The notes under the pieces: model-generated
What the model was told of the DNA's origin: nothing
Database searches by the model: none
The model's input: the letters and a program-made list of their open reading frames with translations, nothing else
Made by a program: the position numbers and the translations under genes
Shown: piece after piece, positions 1-9,451 of the stretch
Layout: each line of letters begins with the position of its first letter
How positions within the stretch are numbered: the first letter of the stretch is position 1
Assembly (NCBI GenBank): GCA_964629885.1
Contig: CAZVRJ010000008.1
Location: forward strand, 4,524 to 68,523
Length of the DNA: 64,000 nucleotides
From: an uncultured Chitinophagales bacterium
GTDB taxonomy: Bacteria; Bacteroidota; Rhodothermia; Balneolales; CAYWCV01
Direction of reading: 5' to 3'

Positions 1-94
1 TAGGTGAGAATGGACGATGTGAGCAGAATATCCATCAGTACTCAAGTATTGGTGTATGTCGCAGGGCGTGGACTGCCTAAAGATACGAACAATC

Positions 95-1975
95 TTAGTC
101 GGACCCACCCAGTAAACGCAACCCGTTGGCAACCACCAAGAGGGTGCTACCTTCATGACCAACTACGCCAAGTGGCAGCGGCAGATCGAATAGAAAAACC
201 GATGCTACGAGCATGACGATCACACCCATGGCAAATATGATATTCTGCCAAACTACCCGGTGTGCCCTGCGCGAGAGCTTGATCATCCAAGGAAGCTTGA
301 GAAGATCGTCGGAAATAAGTACGACATCGGCCGTTTCGAGAGCCACATCACTTCCGGCAGCGCCCATTGCTATGCCAAGATTACCGCTGGCAAGAGCGGG
401 CGCATCATTCACGCCGTCACCAACCATGGCTACGGGTCCCATGGCAGCCAGTTCCTTGATGATTCCTTCTTTGCTGCCCGGCATAAGTTCTGCACGCACG
501 TCGTCGATGCCCAGCTTGTCGGCAACTGCTTGCGCCACGTACTTGCTGTCGCCCGTAAGCATCAACACTTTTTCGATTCCCAGTGCATGGAGCTGTTCCA
601 ATGCCTCTTTCGCCTCGGGTTTTAACACGTCGGCAAGGGCGATCATCCCCTCAAGTTTGTCATCATTTGCAAGGAAAATTACGGTGTTTCCCTGCTTCTC
701 GAGGTTGGCGGCTTTTTCAGTGACACTTTCCGGCAAGGCTATTCCGCTTTCTGACATAAGTTTTCGGCTGCCAACCCGGACGGTCACACCCTCAATCTCC
801 ACAACTACACCTTTGCCGGTTTCTGACTGGAGGCTGCTCACTTTAGTTAAAACAAGACTTGCCTTCTCGGCCGCCCTAACCACAGCCTGGGCAAGCGGGT
901 GCTCCGACATGTGTTCGGCGCTAGCGGCCAATTGCAAGAGCGAATCTTTGGTCATATCGCCTACAGTTATGACATCCGTCACTTCAGGCCTGCCTTTGGT
1001 CAAAGTCCCGGTCTTGTCCATGGCTACGAACTTAATCGACGCCGCCTGCTCGAGATAGACTCCCCCCTTGAACAGCACGCCTTTCCTGGCGGCATGGGCG
1101 ATGGCCGACAAGATGGTGGCAGGAGTTGATATCACCAAAGCACAGGGTGAGGCTACAACTAGGATGGTCATTGCACGGTAGAAAATGGCATCGAAGGTGC
1201 CCCATTCCAAAAGCCATGGCACAAGGATCAACAAAATGGTGATGATGATCACTCCAGCAGCATAGATAGGCTCAAAGTCGTCGAGAATTCGCTGTGTTTT
1301 TGCCTTGCCGGTACGTGCTTTTTGCACCATCTCCACGATTCTCGACAAGGTTGACTCTCCGACGTTGCGTGTCGTGGTTATTGCGACAGCCCCCAAGGTG
1401 TTCATGGTGCCACCGAATATTTCATCGCCGGGTTGTTTGTCAACCGGAATGCTCTCGCCGGTGATGGCGCTTTGGTCCGCTGCCGTAGATCCCTCCAAGA
1501 CTCTGCCGTCGACCGGAAATCGTTCGCCAGGTCTCACCACGACGACATCGCCAATGGTTACATCCTCCACTTTGACCGACTTTTCGGTACCGTCGGGCTG
1601 ACGCACGTTGGCGGTGTCGGGCCTGAGTTCCATTAGCGCCTCGATGGCCCGATTGCTCTTCTCGAGGGCAAAATCCTGCAGGGCGTTCGACAGGGAGAAC
1701 AGGAACAACAATATTGCACCTTCCATCCACTGATTGATGCTGGCGGCGCCGATGGCGGCCACAATCATGAGCAAATCGATCGAGGCCTTACCCTTCCTGA
1801 TCTCCTCGAAACTCTCTTTTACACCGTAGTATCCGCCGGTTATGTACGATACGATGAACAGCAATCTGGCCACGTTTTCGTCGAACAACCCAAACACCGG
1901 ACCAAGCCAACCAGCCAACAAGGCTAGCAAGCATATCAGCGAGAGCCAGAAAGATTTAGAGTAGATAAGTCTCAT
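95..1975 (-). CDS. P1B-type heavy-metal translocating ATPase, P1B-4-like (no N-terminal metal-binding domain)
   Basis: 626-aa ORF with the DKTGTLT phosphorylation site and GDGVNDAPAL hinge. SPC motif in a TM helix (VVASPCALVISTP) and HEGSTLLVVANGLRLL in the last TM. Short length without an HMA domain. Confidence 0.9.
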   Translation of the reverse strand: MRLIYSKSFWLSLICLLALLAGWLGPVFGLFDENVARLLFIVSYITGGYYGVKESFEEIRKGKASIDLLMIVAAIGAASINQWMEGAILLFLFSLSNALQDFALEKSNRAIEALMELRPDTANVRQPDGTEKSVKVEDVTIGDVVVVRPGERFPVDGRVLEGSTAADQSAITGESIPVDKQPGDEIFGGTMNTLGAVAITTTRNVGESTLSRIVEMVQKARTGKAKTQRILDDFEPIYAAGVIIITILLILVPWLLEWGTFDAIFYRAMTILVVASPCALVISTPATILSAIAHAARKGVLFKGGVYLEQAASIKFVAMDKTGTLTKGRPEVTDVITVGDMTKDSLLQLAASAEHMSEHPLAQAVVRAAEKASLVLTKVSSLQSETGKGVVVEIEGVTVRVGSRKLMSESGIALPESVTEKAANLEKQGNTVIFLANDDKLEGMIALADVLKPEAKEALEQLHALGIEKVLMLTGDSKYVAQAVADKLGIDDVRAELMPGSKEGIIKELAAMGPVAMVGDGVNDAPALASGNLGIAMGAAGSDVALETADVVLISDDLLKLPWMIKLSRRAHRVVWQNIIFAMGVIVMLVASVFLFDLPLPLGVVGHEGSTLLVVANGLRLLGGSD

Positions 1976-2009
1976 AATGAATGATACTCTAATCTACGTG
2001 ATTCGGTTA

Positions 2010-4061
2010 TCATTGCAGCAAAGGAAGTTCAATGGTGAATATGGATCCACCACTTGGGTTGTCGCGCATCACAATGCGTCCACCGTGTGCATTCACGATA
2101 CTACGCGCAATGGAAAGTCCTAAACCGTAGGGTTTTTCGCCACTGGTGCCCGATCGCTTTGCTTTTGTGAATGAATCAAAAATGGTCTCACGCATATCGG
2201 CTGGAACACCAATCCCTTTGTCTACGACCATAATCTCAATCTTTTCATTGTCGTCCACTGCAGATACGACCACATCAGAACCTTTCGGGCTGAATTTTAC
2301 GGCGTTACCGATGAGGTTAAATACGGCCCTCGTGATCTTTTCTGGGTCGATTCGTATCACCTTTTCCTTACCCAATCCATAGTAGACCAGACTTTGACCC
2401 TTTTCTTTTGCCCTGAACTGCATCATTTCTACAATTCGGAATAAAAGCTCATTGATGTCGGTGCTACGTGCGTCAATCTTGATTCGGTCTTCGTCGGCAA
2501 GCGTCAAAATGTCGCCGATGAACCTTTGGGCACTCGTCGTGGCGAAACTGATTTGATTAACAATTTCCTGATTGCCGTCACTTATGGAATCATGTTGAAG
2601 CAGCTGAGTCAAATTTTGAATGGCGCCAAGCGGATTTCGAAGATCGTGAGCCACCATCCACATAATTCTGTCCTTCTCAACGCTAGATTCCTTGAGTTGC
2701 TGCACGGTAAATTCTAGCTCCCGCTTCTGAGTGTTTACCTGGTCGTTGAGCTCGCTAAGCATAATGTGGCTCTTCATCAACTGGCGCCAAGCAAAGTAAA
2801 TGATCAACAGGACTACAATGAACAGGGATATGACAATACTGATACCATACAGCCATAGGGTGCGAATTTCACTATCGGCCCTCAGGCGCTCCAATTCCTT
2901 CTGAGCCAGTGTATAATTGTACTCATTTGAGGCTTCGGTGTTGAACATCATCAAGTTCACCTGCTTTAGCGAATCATCTTTATGATTGTGTAACAAACGG
3001 TCTTCGAGTGCCAGACGATATTCCCCCCGTAGATGATACAGCCTCGATCGGGCGTCGAGCAAGCGTACGATGGTATCAGGATTTGGAAATTGGCTGACAT
3101 AATCTTCGACCTGCTTTAAGAGGGAATCCGCACCAATAATGTCGCCTCTATTCATGTACAACTTTGCTAGGTGTATTCTCGACAGACTGGCATCATTGTT
3201 GTCCCTATCGGGCAGGTTGTTGAACTCAATGCTGCGCTCAAACAGCGGCTCAGCTCGACTTGGCTCTCCGAGGAGTACAAATGACTGTGCCATATTGCCA
3301 TAAATGACCCCCAACGCAATCTCTATGAATGCAGAGTCTACTTCTACGCTAAATCGATTAGTATGTATATAATCGATGGCTTTTTTGTGATAGACCATTG
3401 CACTGTCGAAGACTGCTGCCCTCGCATAGCTGATGGCAATGTCGTCGAGTCGACGCTGCATCCTTGTGAAATGAGCTACTGCGGTATCGCAGTCGTCTAG
3501 GGCGACAATCGACTTTTTGAAATACTCAGCTGCATCGAGGTAGTTCTGTCTGCGATAGAGCACGCCTGCAAAACGGGAATCATATCGGGATATAAGGCAT
3601 TTATCATCCAAGTTCAATCCGATAGTCCTAGCACGCATGTAGAACGTATAAGCCCTGTTGTTCTGGTAGAGATAATTGTTGAAGATGTCGCCCTTGTACA
3701 GGTAAGTCAAGGCTAACTCATTCAGCATGTTCGACTTATGCTCTGAGAACTCAAGGTAGATGATCAGGCTGTCCACGATTTCGAGCGAGCGATCAAAATC
3801 TCGCTTTTCATTACTGAGGTATGCGTCGAATACACGCTTTCTCCAATACTCAACAGGCGACGGTTTTTTCACAGCGGCATAGATCGAATCGACCCTACGC
3901 TGGGCTTCGTCTATGCCATCCCGACCTCTTACGCCTATCAGATTTTGATAGTCTTCTTCGGTGATTGTCTGCAAATATTGCACATTGTCCGAGACTGTGC
4001 ATGACACGGACAGAACGGCTAGCATGGAGACCAAAAGAACACTGCGCAGAACGTAAATCAC
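2010..4061 (-). CDS. TPR-repeat sensor histidine kinase (lipoprotein-like N-terminus, one TM, HisKA + HATPase_c)
   Basis: C-terminal H-box (MWMVAHDLRNPL), N-box (NLIGNAVKF) and G-boxes (DKGIGV, GLGLSIA), with long TPR-like repeats upstream of the TM segment ISIVISLFIVVLLIIYF. The ORF-track start at 4484 reads through a tRNA and a terminator. The likely start is GTG 4061 (MIYVLRSVLLVSMLAVLSVSC); ATG 4025 is the alternative. Confidence 0.8.
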   Translation of the reverse strand: MIYVLRSVLLVSMLAVLSVSCTVSDNVQYLQTITEEDYQNLIGVRGRDGIDEAQRRVDSIYAAVKKPSPVEYWRKRVFDAYLSNEKRDFDRSLEIVDSLIIYLEFSEHKSNMLNELALTYLYKGDIFNNYLYQNNRAYTFYMRARTIGLNLDDKCLISRYDSRFAGVLYRRQNYLDAAEYFKKSIVALDDCDTAVAHFTRMQRRLDDIAISYARAAVFDSAMVYHKKAIDYIHTNRFSVEVDSAFIEIALGVIYGNMAQSFVLLGEPSRAEPLFERSIEFNNLPDRDNNDASLSRIHLAKLYMNRGDIIGADSLLKQVEDYVSQFPNPDTIVRLLDARSRLYHLRGEYRLALEDRLLHNHKDDSLKQVNLMMFNTEASNEYNYTLAQKELERLRADSEIRTLWLYGISIVISLFIVVLLIIYFAWRQLMKSHIMLSELNDQVNTQKRELEFTVQQLKESSVEKDRIMWMVAHDLRNPLGAIQNLTQLLQHDSISDGNQEIVNQISFATTSAQRFIGDILTLADEDRIKIDARSTDINELLFRIVEMMQFRAKEKGQSLVYYGLGKEKVIRIDPEKITRAVFNLIGNAVKFSPKGSDVVVSAVDDNEKIEIMVVDKGIGVPADMRETIFDSFTKAKRSGTSGEKPYGLGLSIARSIVNAHGGRIVMRDNPSGGSIFTIELPLLQ

Positions 4062-4125
4062 GACATCATTTGGAATTTGCTTGAGCTTTAAGACCGTCGT
4101 ATCGATGAATATACCTCCTAGAAAC

Positions 4126-4157
4126 AAAAAAAGCCTCACGAATAGTGAGGCTTTTTT
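4126..4157 (-). terminator. Bidirectional rho-independent terminator-like hairpin downstream of tRNA-Ser
   Basis: A-run 4126-4132, stem GCCTCAC (4133-4139), loop GAATA, stem GTGAGGC (4145-4151), T-run 4152-4157. Confidence 0.7.
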
Positions 4158-4158
4158 G

Positions 4159-4248
4159 CGGAGAGAGAGGGATTCGAACCCTCGGTACCCCTTATGAGGA
4201 TACAACATCTTAGCAGGATGCCGCTTTCGACCACTCAGCCATCTCTCC
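4159..4248 (-). tRNA. tRNA-Ser (anticodon GCT)
   Basis: Reverse complement reads GGAGAGATGGCTGAGTGGTCGAAAGCGGCATCCTGCTAAGATGTTGTATCCTCATAAGGGGTACCGAGGGTTCGAATCCCTCTCTCTCCG. It has a 7-bp acceptor stem GGAGAGA/TCTCTCC, anticodon loop CTGCTAA, a long variable arm, a GGTTCGAATCC T-loop and discriminator G. CCA is not encoded. Confidence 0.95.
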
Positions 4249-4250
4249 GA

Positions 4251-4286
4251 GAACAAGAACAAGAACAAGAGCAAGAGCAAGAGCTG
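4251..4286. repeat. Hexanucleotide tandem array (GAACAA)3(GAGCAA)2GAGCTG
   Basis: Read directly. Six consecutive 6-nt units start 2 nt from the tRNA-Ser 5' end. Confidence 0.9.
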
Positions 4287-4353
4287 ATGCGAGGCCTTGT
4301 CATGTTTTTGTGCAGAAGGTAAAGATATCGCAAAATCGACTTGGGAGCAAGAG

Positions 4354-4920
4354 TCAAGACGAGTGATCGGGGTCGAGAACGTATATTTGTGCCAGATTTC
4401 GCCCTTCTTGGGCATAATCGAGCCCATATCCGAGAACAAACAGCGTCGGGATTTCAAATCCAACGTGGTCGATTTGAACATCATACCGGGTGGCGTCAGG
4501 CTTGTGCAGCAGGGTGATCACGCTAACCGACTCCGGTTTTTGATCTTTTATCTTTTTGAGCAGATAGTCCATCGAGAGACCCGTGTCGATGATATCTTCG
4601 ACCACGATAACATGCCTTCCTTTAATCGCTGCATCGAGCTCCTTGCGCTCTGTGACTTGGCCCGACGACACCTTCTCGTCCCCATAGCTACTCAATTTGT
4701 AGAAATCGACCTCGCATGTGATATGGACATGGCGCATCAAATCGGCTAGAAAGATGAACGACCCGTTCAAAATGCCGATCATGATAGGCTGTTTCCCGGC
4801 ATAGTCCCTATTGATGATGTCGCCCAATTCACTCAAACGGGCGTCAATCTGTTCCTTGCTAATAAACAGTTTGAAGCGTTCTCCGTTGCACAGCACATGG
4901 TCGGGTAAGTTCAAGGCCAT
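4354..4920 (-). CDS. hpt: Hypoxanthine phosphoribosyltransferase
   Basis: 188 aa with PRPP-binding motif VIVVEDIIDTGLS and C-terminal FVLGYGLDYAQEGRNL typical of Hpt. Sits in the conserved tilS-hpt gene pair. Confidence 0.9.
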   Translation of the reverse strand: MALNLPDHVLCNGERFKLFISKEQIDARLSELGDIINRDYAGKQPIMIGILNGSFIFLADLMRHVHITCEVDFYKLSSYGDEKVSSGQVTERKELDAAIKGRHVIVVEDIIDTGLSMDYLLKKIKDQKPESVSVITLLHKPDATRYDVQIDHVGFEIPTLFVLGYGLDYAQEGRNLAQIYVLDPDHSS

Positions 4921-4933
4921 CTGAAGGGACGAT

Positions 4934-6265
4934 TTAGTGATGAATCAAAAAATGGAAGCAATTACTCCCATCGCATGCATGCGATGGGTGAATGCGCCAC
5001 CGTGTCTCATATCCTGGGTGGCTAAATATAACTGCGACAACCGATCCATCCAAGGTCAGAACGTATGCTCGTGACTTGAGACGCCTCGGAACTCCCCATT
5101 CATTGAGGAGGTCGGACACCGATTTGGATCCACCGTCGATACGCAGTTTATCTCCCGTTTCAGGTGCCCTAAGTGTGTAGCTGCCCATATTTGAGCGCAT
5201 CGCAAATCCAAGCCCAATTTCGGGTTTAGATTGAATGGAAATGCTCCCGCAGTCAAACCGTACAAAATCCTCCTGCACATCGGCGGTGGTAAACCGAATG
5301 GTTGAGACATCATCGTGATGCTTTAAGTCGATCACTAGGTGCTCGTGGTCTCTGTGCCAGGCCACCAAATCGTCGAGTTCGACCATCTTTCCCGCCTGAC
5401 TGTCGATCAGCGACAACACCGCTTCAGGCATCGCTTGCCGTACAGGCAAGCCTTTGCGTTCATGGATGCGATGGATGATGGCGGTATTGAGTGGGAAATC
5501 TAGCGTCTGAAGCCACTCAACGGGGATTCTGGATGCATCTCCGAACGGCTTCAACAGTTGGTCGAGCGACATCTGGTAAATCTGCCCGAATTCACCGATT
5601 CTATCCACGTTCGACTTCCACCCAGGATAAAGTCGATCCATTTCCGGAATAAGGTCATTCCTTAGAAAATTTCGTGCGTATATGGATGTCTGATTGCTTT
5701 CGTCATCGCGCCAAACAACGCCATTTTCGTGTGCATACCCTTCGATTTCTGCTCTAGATGTGGCAACCAACGGTCGTATAAACGGATATTCGACCGCAGG
5801 CATGGCATTCCAGTTTGAAGGTGCCGCTCCACGGAGTACCCGCATGATGAGCGTTTCGTACACGTCATCAAGGTTATGACCCAAAAGGATAGCCTCCGAT
5901 CCTGTCTCGTGCATCAACCTATGGAACTGATCTCGTCGGAATTGGCGTGCGATATCCTGAAAGTTGCCGTTTCTATCGGAAGCCGGATCCCAATGCATCA
6001 CTTCACACTGCACACCAAGATGAGAACATGTTCTTTTGACGAGCTCCTCGTCTGCATTCGATGATTCGCCTCGTTTGTGGTAGTTCACATGCAACACATG
6101 AACTCGTAAACTACTTTTGCTCAGAAGATGCAAAAGTACCATGGAGTCGACACCCCCACTCACACCGACCACTACAGCGGAGTCGGGCAACAACTTGGCT
6201 TCGGAGAATAGGATCCTCCTAAAATCAGCTTGGATCAACATAGAGTCTGACTTGCTCATAGGCAT
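4934..6265 (-). CDS. tilS: tRNA(Ile)-lysidine synthetase
   Basis: PP-loop motif VGVSGGVDSMVLLHLL, about 440 aa, located upstream of hpt. The start is uncertain: 6265, 6259 or 6241 all overlap the end of birA. Confidence 0.85.
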   Translation of the reverse strand: MPMSKSDSMLIQADFRRILFSEAKLLPDSAVVVGVSGGVDSMVLLHLLSKSSLRVHVLHVNYHKRGESSNADEELVKRTCSHLGVQCEVMHWDPASDRNGNFQDIARQFRRDQFHRLMHETGSEAILLGHNLDDVYETLIMRVLRGAAPSNWNAMPAVEYPFIRPLVATSRAEIEGYAHENGVVWRDDESNQTSIYARNFLRNDLIPEMDRLYPGWKSNVDRIGEFGQIYQMSLDQLLKPFGDASRIPVEWLQTLDFPLNTAIIHRIHERKGLPVRQAMPEAVLSLIDSQAGKMVELDDLVAWHRDHEHLVIDLKHHDDVSTIRFTTADVQEDFVRFDCGSISIQSKPEIGLGFAMRSNMGSYTLRAPETGDKLRIDGGSKSVSDLLNEWGVPRRLKSRAYVLTLDGSVVAVIFSHPGYETRWRIHPSHACDGSNCFHFLIHH

Positions 6266-7016
6266 ACGTTTGCACGGAGTAATCGTCGTCCATTAGGTGT
6301 AAGTGGCCATTCACATTCACACCTAAAAGCAATCTGGGACCATCTAATTTGACGCCGTCGACATCCACCCCGACTTTCGTACCATATCCGATAAGTCTCT
6401 GATTGATCGCCTTGACCAAATTTGGATCCTTTTGCATCCAACTCTTATTCAAGATTTCAGTTTCGGTTACAATGCTCGCCAAGAGCTTTTCTCGGTCGAG
6501 TGGACGTCCCAATATCTGCGAAAGCGATGCGGCTTCAGGCAGGAATGACGGAAATGAGGACTGATTCACGTTCAGCCCAATCCCTACGATGAACCTGTCG
6601 AGATGGTTACCCATGAAAACAGCCTCGGCTAGTACTCCAGCAACCTTCTTCCCTTCGATGATGAGATCGTTGGGCCATTTGATCTTGGTCTTGAGCTGAA
6701 ATTCTCTTTCAATGACGTTTGCTACTGCGTGAATGCAGGAGAGTGTCAATATAAAGAGGCGATCTTGCGTCTCTGGACGCAGCAGGTAGCTCCAAGTGAG
6801 GTTTGAGCATGGCTCAGAAACCCAGCTTTTCTCATATTGCCCGCGCCCTTTTATTTGACGGTCGGTCAGACATATCAACCCATCGAGTGCCTCACCTGCT
6901 GCACCCGACTTAAGCCAGGTATTTGTTGATTCTAATTCCGGAAACACCACTATCTCCCGGCCAAAAGAGGTATTGCCCAGAAAAGTTAAATAGCGGGAGG
7001 GGTTGAAATCGTCCAT
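6225..7016 (-). CDS. birA: Biotin--[acetyl-CoA-carboxylase] ligase
   Basis: 263 aa with a GRGQ loop (QIKGRGQYEKSW) and the KWPNDL motif. There is no N-terminal HTH, so it is a group I ligase. Confidence 0.85.
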   Translation of the reverse strand: MDDFNPSRYLTFLGNTSFGREIVVFPELESTNTWLKSGAAGEALDGLICLTDRQIKGRGQYEKSWVSEPCSNLTWSYLLRPETQDRLFILTLSCIHAVANVIEREFQLKTKIKWPNDLIIEGKKVAGVLAEAVFMGNHLDRFIVGIGLNVNQSSFPSFLPEAASLSQILGRPLDREKLLASIVTETEILNKSWMQKDPNLVKAINQRLIGYGTKVGVDVDGVKLDGPRLLLGVNVNGHLHLMDDDYSVQTYAYEQVRLYVDPS

Positions 7017-7062
7017 AGGTCAAAATTAGGCTATTCAAGACAACATCCCATAGTCGCAAAAT

Positions 7063-7097
7063 AAAAAAAGCCCCGAACGAATGAATCGCCCGGGGCC
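7063..7097 (-). terminator. Rho-independent terminator after the CBM48 gene
   Basis: The minus strand reads GGCCCCGGGCGATTCATTCGTTCGGGGCTTTTTTT: a GC stem followed by a T-run. Confidence 0.7.
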
Positions 7098-7117
7098 TAA
7101 ACTGAAAAATAGTGCGA

Positions 7118-7414
7118 TCAGTCGACTTTTATGAGGGAATCTTCAGTTCCGAAATCATTCGCAACAAAACCGTCAGCCTGGTCGTCGTTTTCCCAGGTTT
7201 GTTCGTCGATGAAGTAGCGAAAACGGTACTCGCTGCCTGGAGTCATGCGTATTGTAGTGAGCCATTGGTCATTCTTCAGCTCAAGCTTGTTCGCATTGGT
7301 GTCCCAGTTGTTAAAATCGCCTGCGAGCGACACAGAATTTGTGGCTTTATCGGCCGGTAATGCAAAGGTCACTTTGCATACTGTGCGCTTAGGTGTGAAG
7401 TCTTTCGTAATCAT
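7118..7414 (-). CDS. CBM48 / AMPK-beta glycogen-binding-like (early set) domain protein
   Basis: 98 aa. VSLAGDFNNWD...YRFRYFIDEQTWENDDQAD matches the isoamylase N-terminal/AMPK1_CBM pattern. Confidence 0.7.
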   Translation of the reverse strand: MITKDFTPKRTVCKVTFALPADKATNSVSLAGDFNNWDTNANKLELKNDQWLTTIRMTPGSEYRFRYFIDEQTWENDDQADGFVANDFGTEDSLIKVD

Positions 7415-7693
7415 TATAATGCCTGAATGTGTTGTTGATTGAAACAGGTAGCAGTTAGCACACTAGCCTTGGTCAAATATAAGGAAATTTTATTTTTTAA
7501 TAAATAAACGTAATGACCTTTAATATTAAATTAATTTTTGCTTAATACTGAAATATTTTAATATATAAAGCGCTTCCATAAACTTTTCTTCACTATACAA
7601 GGGTTCGACTACCTTAATTAATTTAGCATCACACATATCTGACTATTAATAACTTATGCCCCATTCTAGCACAAACAGCAACAAATAGTATCG

Positions 7694-9439
7694 TCAAATA
7701 CCTTTTGGTGCCAATTCTGATTGCCATTGTTCCGAAATGCGTTCTCTTGCTTCCCTAGTGCTTGCCGACAGCATATCGGACAGCAAGCCTTCAAAGTCGC
7801 TCATCTTGAAGCGTCTAATTACCCTACGGATGTTAGGGATTGACCTCATCGACATACTGAGCTCCGTAACCCCCATGCCGATAAGGCAAGCTGCTGCAAC
7901 GGGCTGCGAAGCCATCTCGCCGCAAACGGAAACCGGAATTCCCGCTTCTGAACCAGCATCTACAATCCAGCGGATGGCCTGAAGTACCGATGGGTGCACG
8001 CTTTCGTACAGGTCTGAAACGAGTGGATTGCCACGGTCGACAGCCAACACATACTGTGTGAGGTCGTTGGTGCCAATGCTAAAAAAATCGGCGTGTTTTG
8101 CAAGGGTGCGGGCGGCAATCGCAGCTGAGGGCACTTCAATCATCATGCCGATTCGAATGCCTCTGTCGTACCTAAGGTTTTGTCGGTCGAAATGTTCCAT
8201 GCGTTCATCGAGAATTCGCCGAAAAACGAGCCATTCGTCGAGCACACTCACCATCGGAAGCATCAGCCGCAATCTGCCTGGGAACTCGGCCGAAACTTGC
8301 AGCATAGCATCAAGTTGAGACTCAAGAATCGATGGTCGGTCGAGCAATAAACGCGCTCCCCTCCATCCGAGATGGGGATTAGATTCACCCGAATCCCTAT
8401 CAGTGAGCTTATCGCCGCCGATGTCGAGTAAGCGGAATGTGACACCACTAGAGCCAGACACAGTTGCCATAGCTTTATAGTATTCCATCTGCGATTGAAC
8501 CAATGCCGATGCCCCGATGGCCATCAACATAGACTCCGTCCTCACCAACCCAATACCCTGCGGCTTAAAGGTCTCCATCAACTCCAACTCAGACTCAAAT
8601 TCCACATTCGCCCTCACATGAATGGGTTTTCCACACACTGTGGATGCGGGCAACAAATCGGCTTCTGTAATCTTGCCTGCCATTTCCAAATGGGAGGCTT
8701 GTTTCTTGAGCTTGGCAACCAGCTTGGTCGAGGGCTTGAGGTAAAGCTTACGATTGTCGGCGTCGATAAGAATCGGGTCGCCGGTTAAAACATGCTTCGT
8801 GAGCTCTTTCACGCCTGCCACGAATGGTATGTTCATCGATGATGCGATGATGGTGACATGCGAGGTTGCCCCACCCTTAGCGGTAGCTGCACCTTGGATG
8901 TACGGCGCGTACTCGAGTAGCTCGGTCGGCGAAATTTCATTAGCAATGAGGATGTTGCCACCAAAGTCTACAGGTGAAGAAACAAAATGCAGATGTCGGT
9001 AGATGCGGTCGCGCAGATCGCGAAGGTCGGCCGTACGCTCCATCATATAGGCGCTGCCAGTCTCCTCTATTCGGCTTATATAGTGCCGGAACACAATTTC
9101 TATCGCATGTTCGGCGGTCTTCGACTCATCCGAAATAGCCCTGTGCAGCTCATTGTTCAACTCTGGATCGTTTAATATTTCGAGCTGGGTATGAATGATG
9201 TTCTTGACATCACTACCTCCGAGTCGCTGTGCTGTAATCAGTAGTGCGGAGAGCTCAGCCGTTGCCTTCTCCTTACTTTGATTGAATCGGATGAGCTCGG
9301 CCTGCGGGTCTTCGCAATACATGCGACCCGAGGCGGTACTTGGGATATCCTCGCCTAATACAAGGGCCGTCCCGATCACAATGCCGCCGGTACCGGCCTT
9401 CCCCTCGAGTATTGCAGGAATTATGGGTGAGCTGTGCAT
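7694..9439 (-). CDS. ptsI: Phosphoenolpyruvate-protein phosphotransferase (PTS Enzyme I)
   Basis: 581 aa with active-site His context GGATSHVTIIASSMNIPFV and C-terminal PEP-utilising motifs FFSIGTNDLTQY and CGEMA. Confidence 0.9.
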   Translation of the reverse strand: MHSSPIIPAILEGKAGTGGIVIGTALVLGEDIPSTASGRMYCEDPQAELIRFNQSKEKATAELSALLITAQRLGGSDVKNIIHTQLEILNDPELNNELHRAISDESKTAEHAIEIVFRHYISRIEETGSAYMMERTADLRDLRDRIYRHLHFVSSPVDFGGNILIANEISPTELLEYAPYIQGAATAKGGATSHVTIIASSMNIPFVAGVKELTKHVLTGDPILIDADNRKLYLKPSTKLVAKLKKQASHLEMAGKITEADLLPASTVCGKPIHVRANVEFESELELMETFKPQGIGLVRTESMLMAIGASALVQSQMEYYKAMATVSGSSGVTFRLLDIGGDKLTDRDSGESNPHLGWRGARLLLDRPSILESQLDAMLQVSAEFPGRLRLMLPMVSVLDEWLVFRRILDERMEHFDRQNLRYDRGIRIGMMIEVPSAAIAARTLAKHADFFSIGTNDLTQYVLAVDRGNPLVSDLYESVHPSVLQAIRWIVDAGSEAGIPVSVCGEMASQPVAAACLIGMGVTELSMSMRSIPNIRRVIRRFKMSDFEGLLSDMLSASTREARERISEQWQSELAPKGI

Positions 9440-9451
9440 GGCTCAGTAAGC

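Noticed and set aside
4-216. 70-aa ORF at the window edge
   Set aside because: It overlaps the 3' end of the ATPase gene on the opposite strand and has no motifs. The first 94 nt are too short to assign.
213-1058. 281-aa ORF antisense to the P-type ATPase, plus similar long antisense ORFs at 10680..11201, 25502..26041, 33582..34073, 34441..35301, 44820..45491 and 58561..59595
   Set aside because: All lie fully or largely inside, and opposite to, genes with strong family motifs. Their translations are low-complexity (Ser/Ala/Arg/Pro-rich) with no recognisable motifs. They are most likely chance open frames.
4126-4353. Genomic island or integrated element at tRNA-Ser
   Set aside because: There is no integrase. 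I saw no duplicated tRNA 3' segment elsewhere in the window. The flanking genes (hpt-tilS-birA and the kinase) are ordinary chromosomal genes.
4062-4484. N-terminal 141 codons of the 824-aa track ORF (2010..4484)
   Set aside because: This part of the ORF reads straight through tRNA-Ser(GCT), its terminator hairpin and the hexamer array (translated as HQLLLLLLFLFLF). The kinase must start downstream, at GTG 4061 or ATG 4025.
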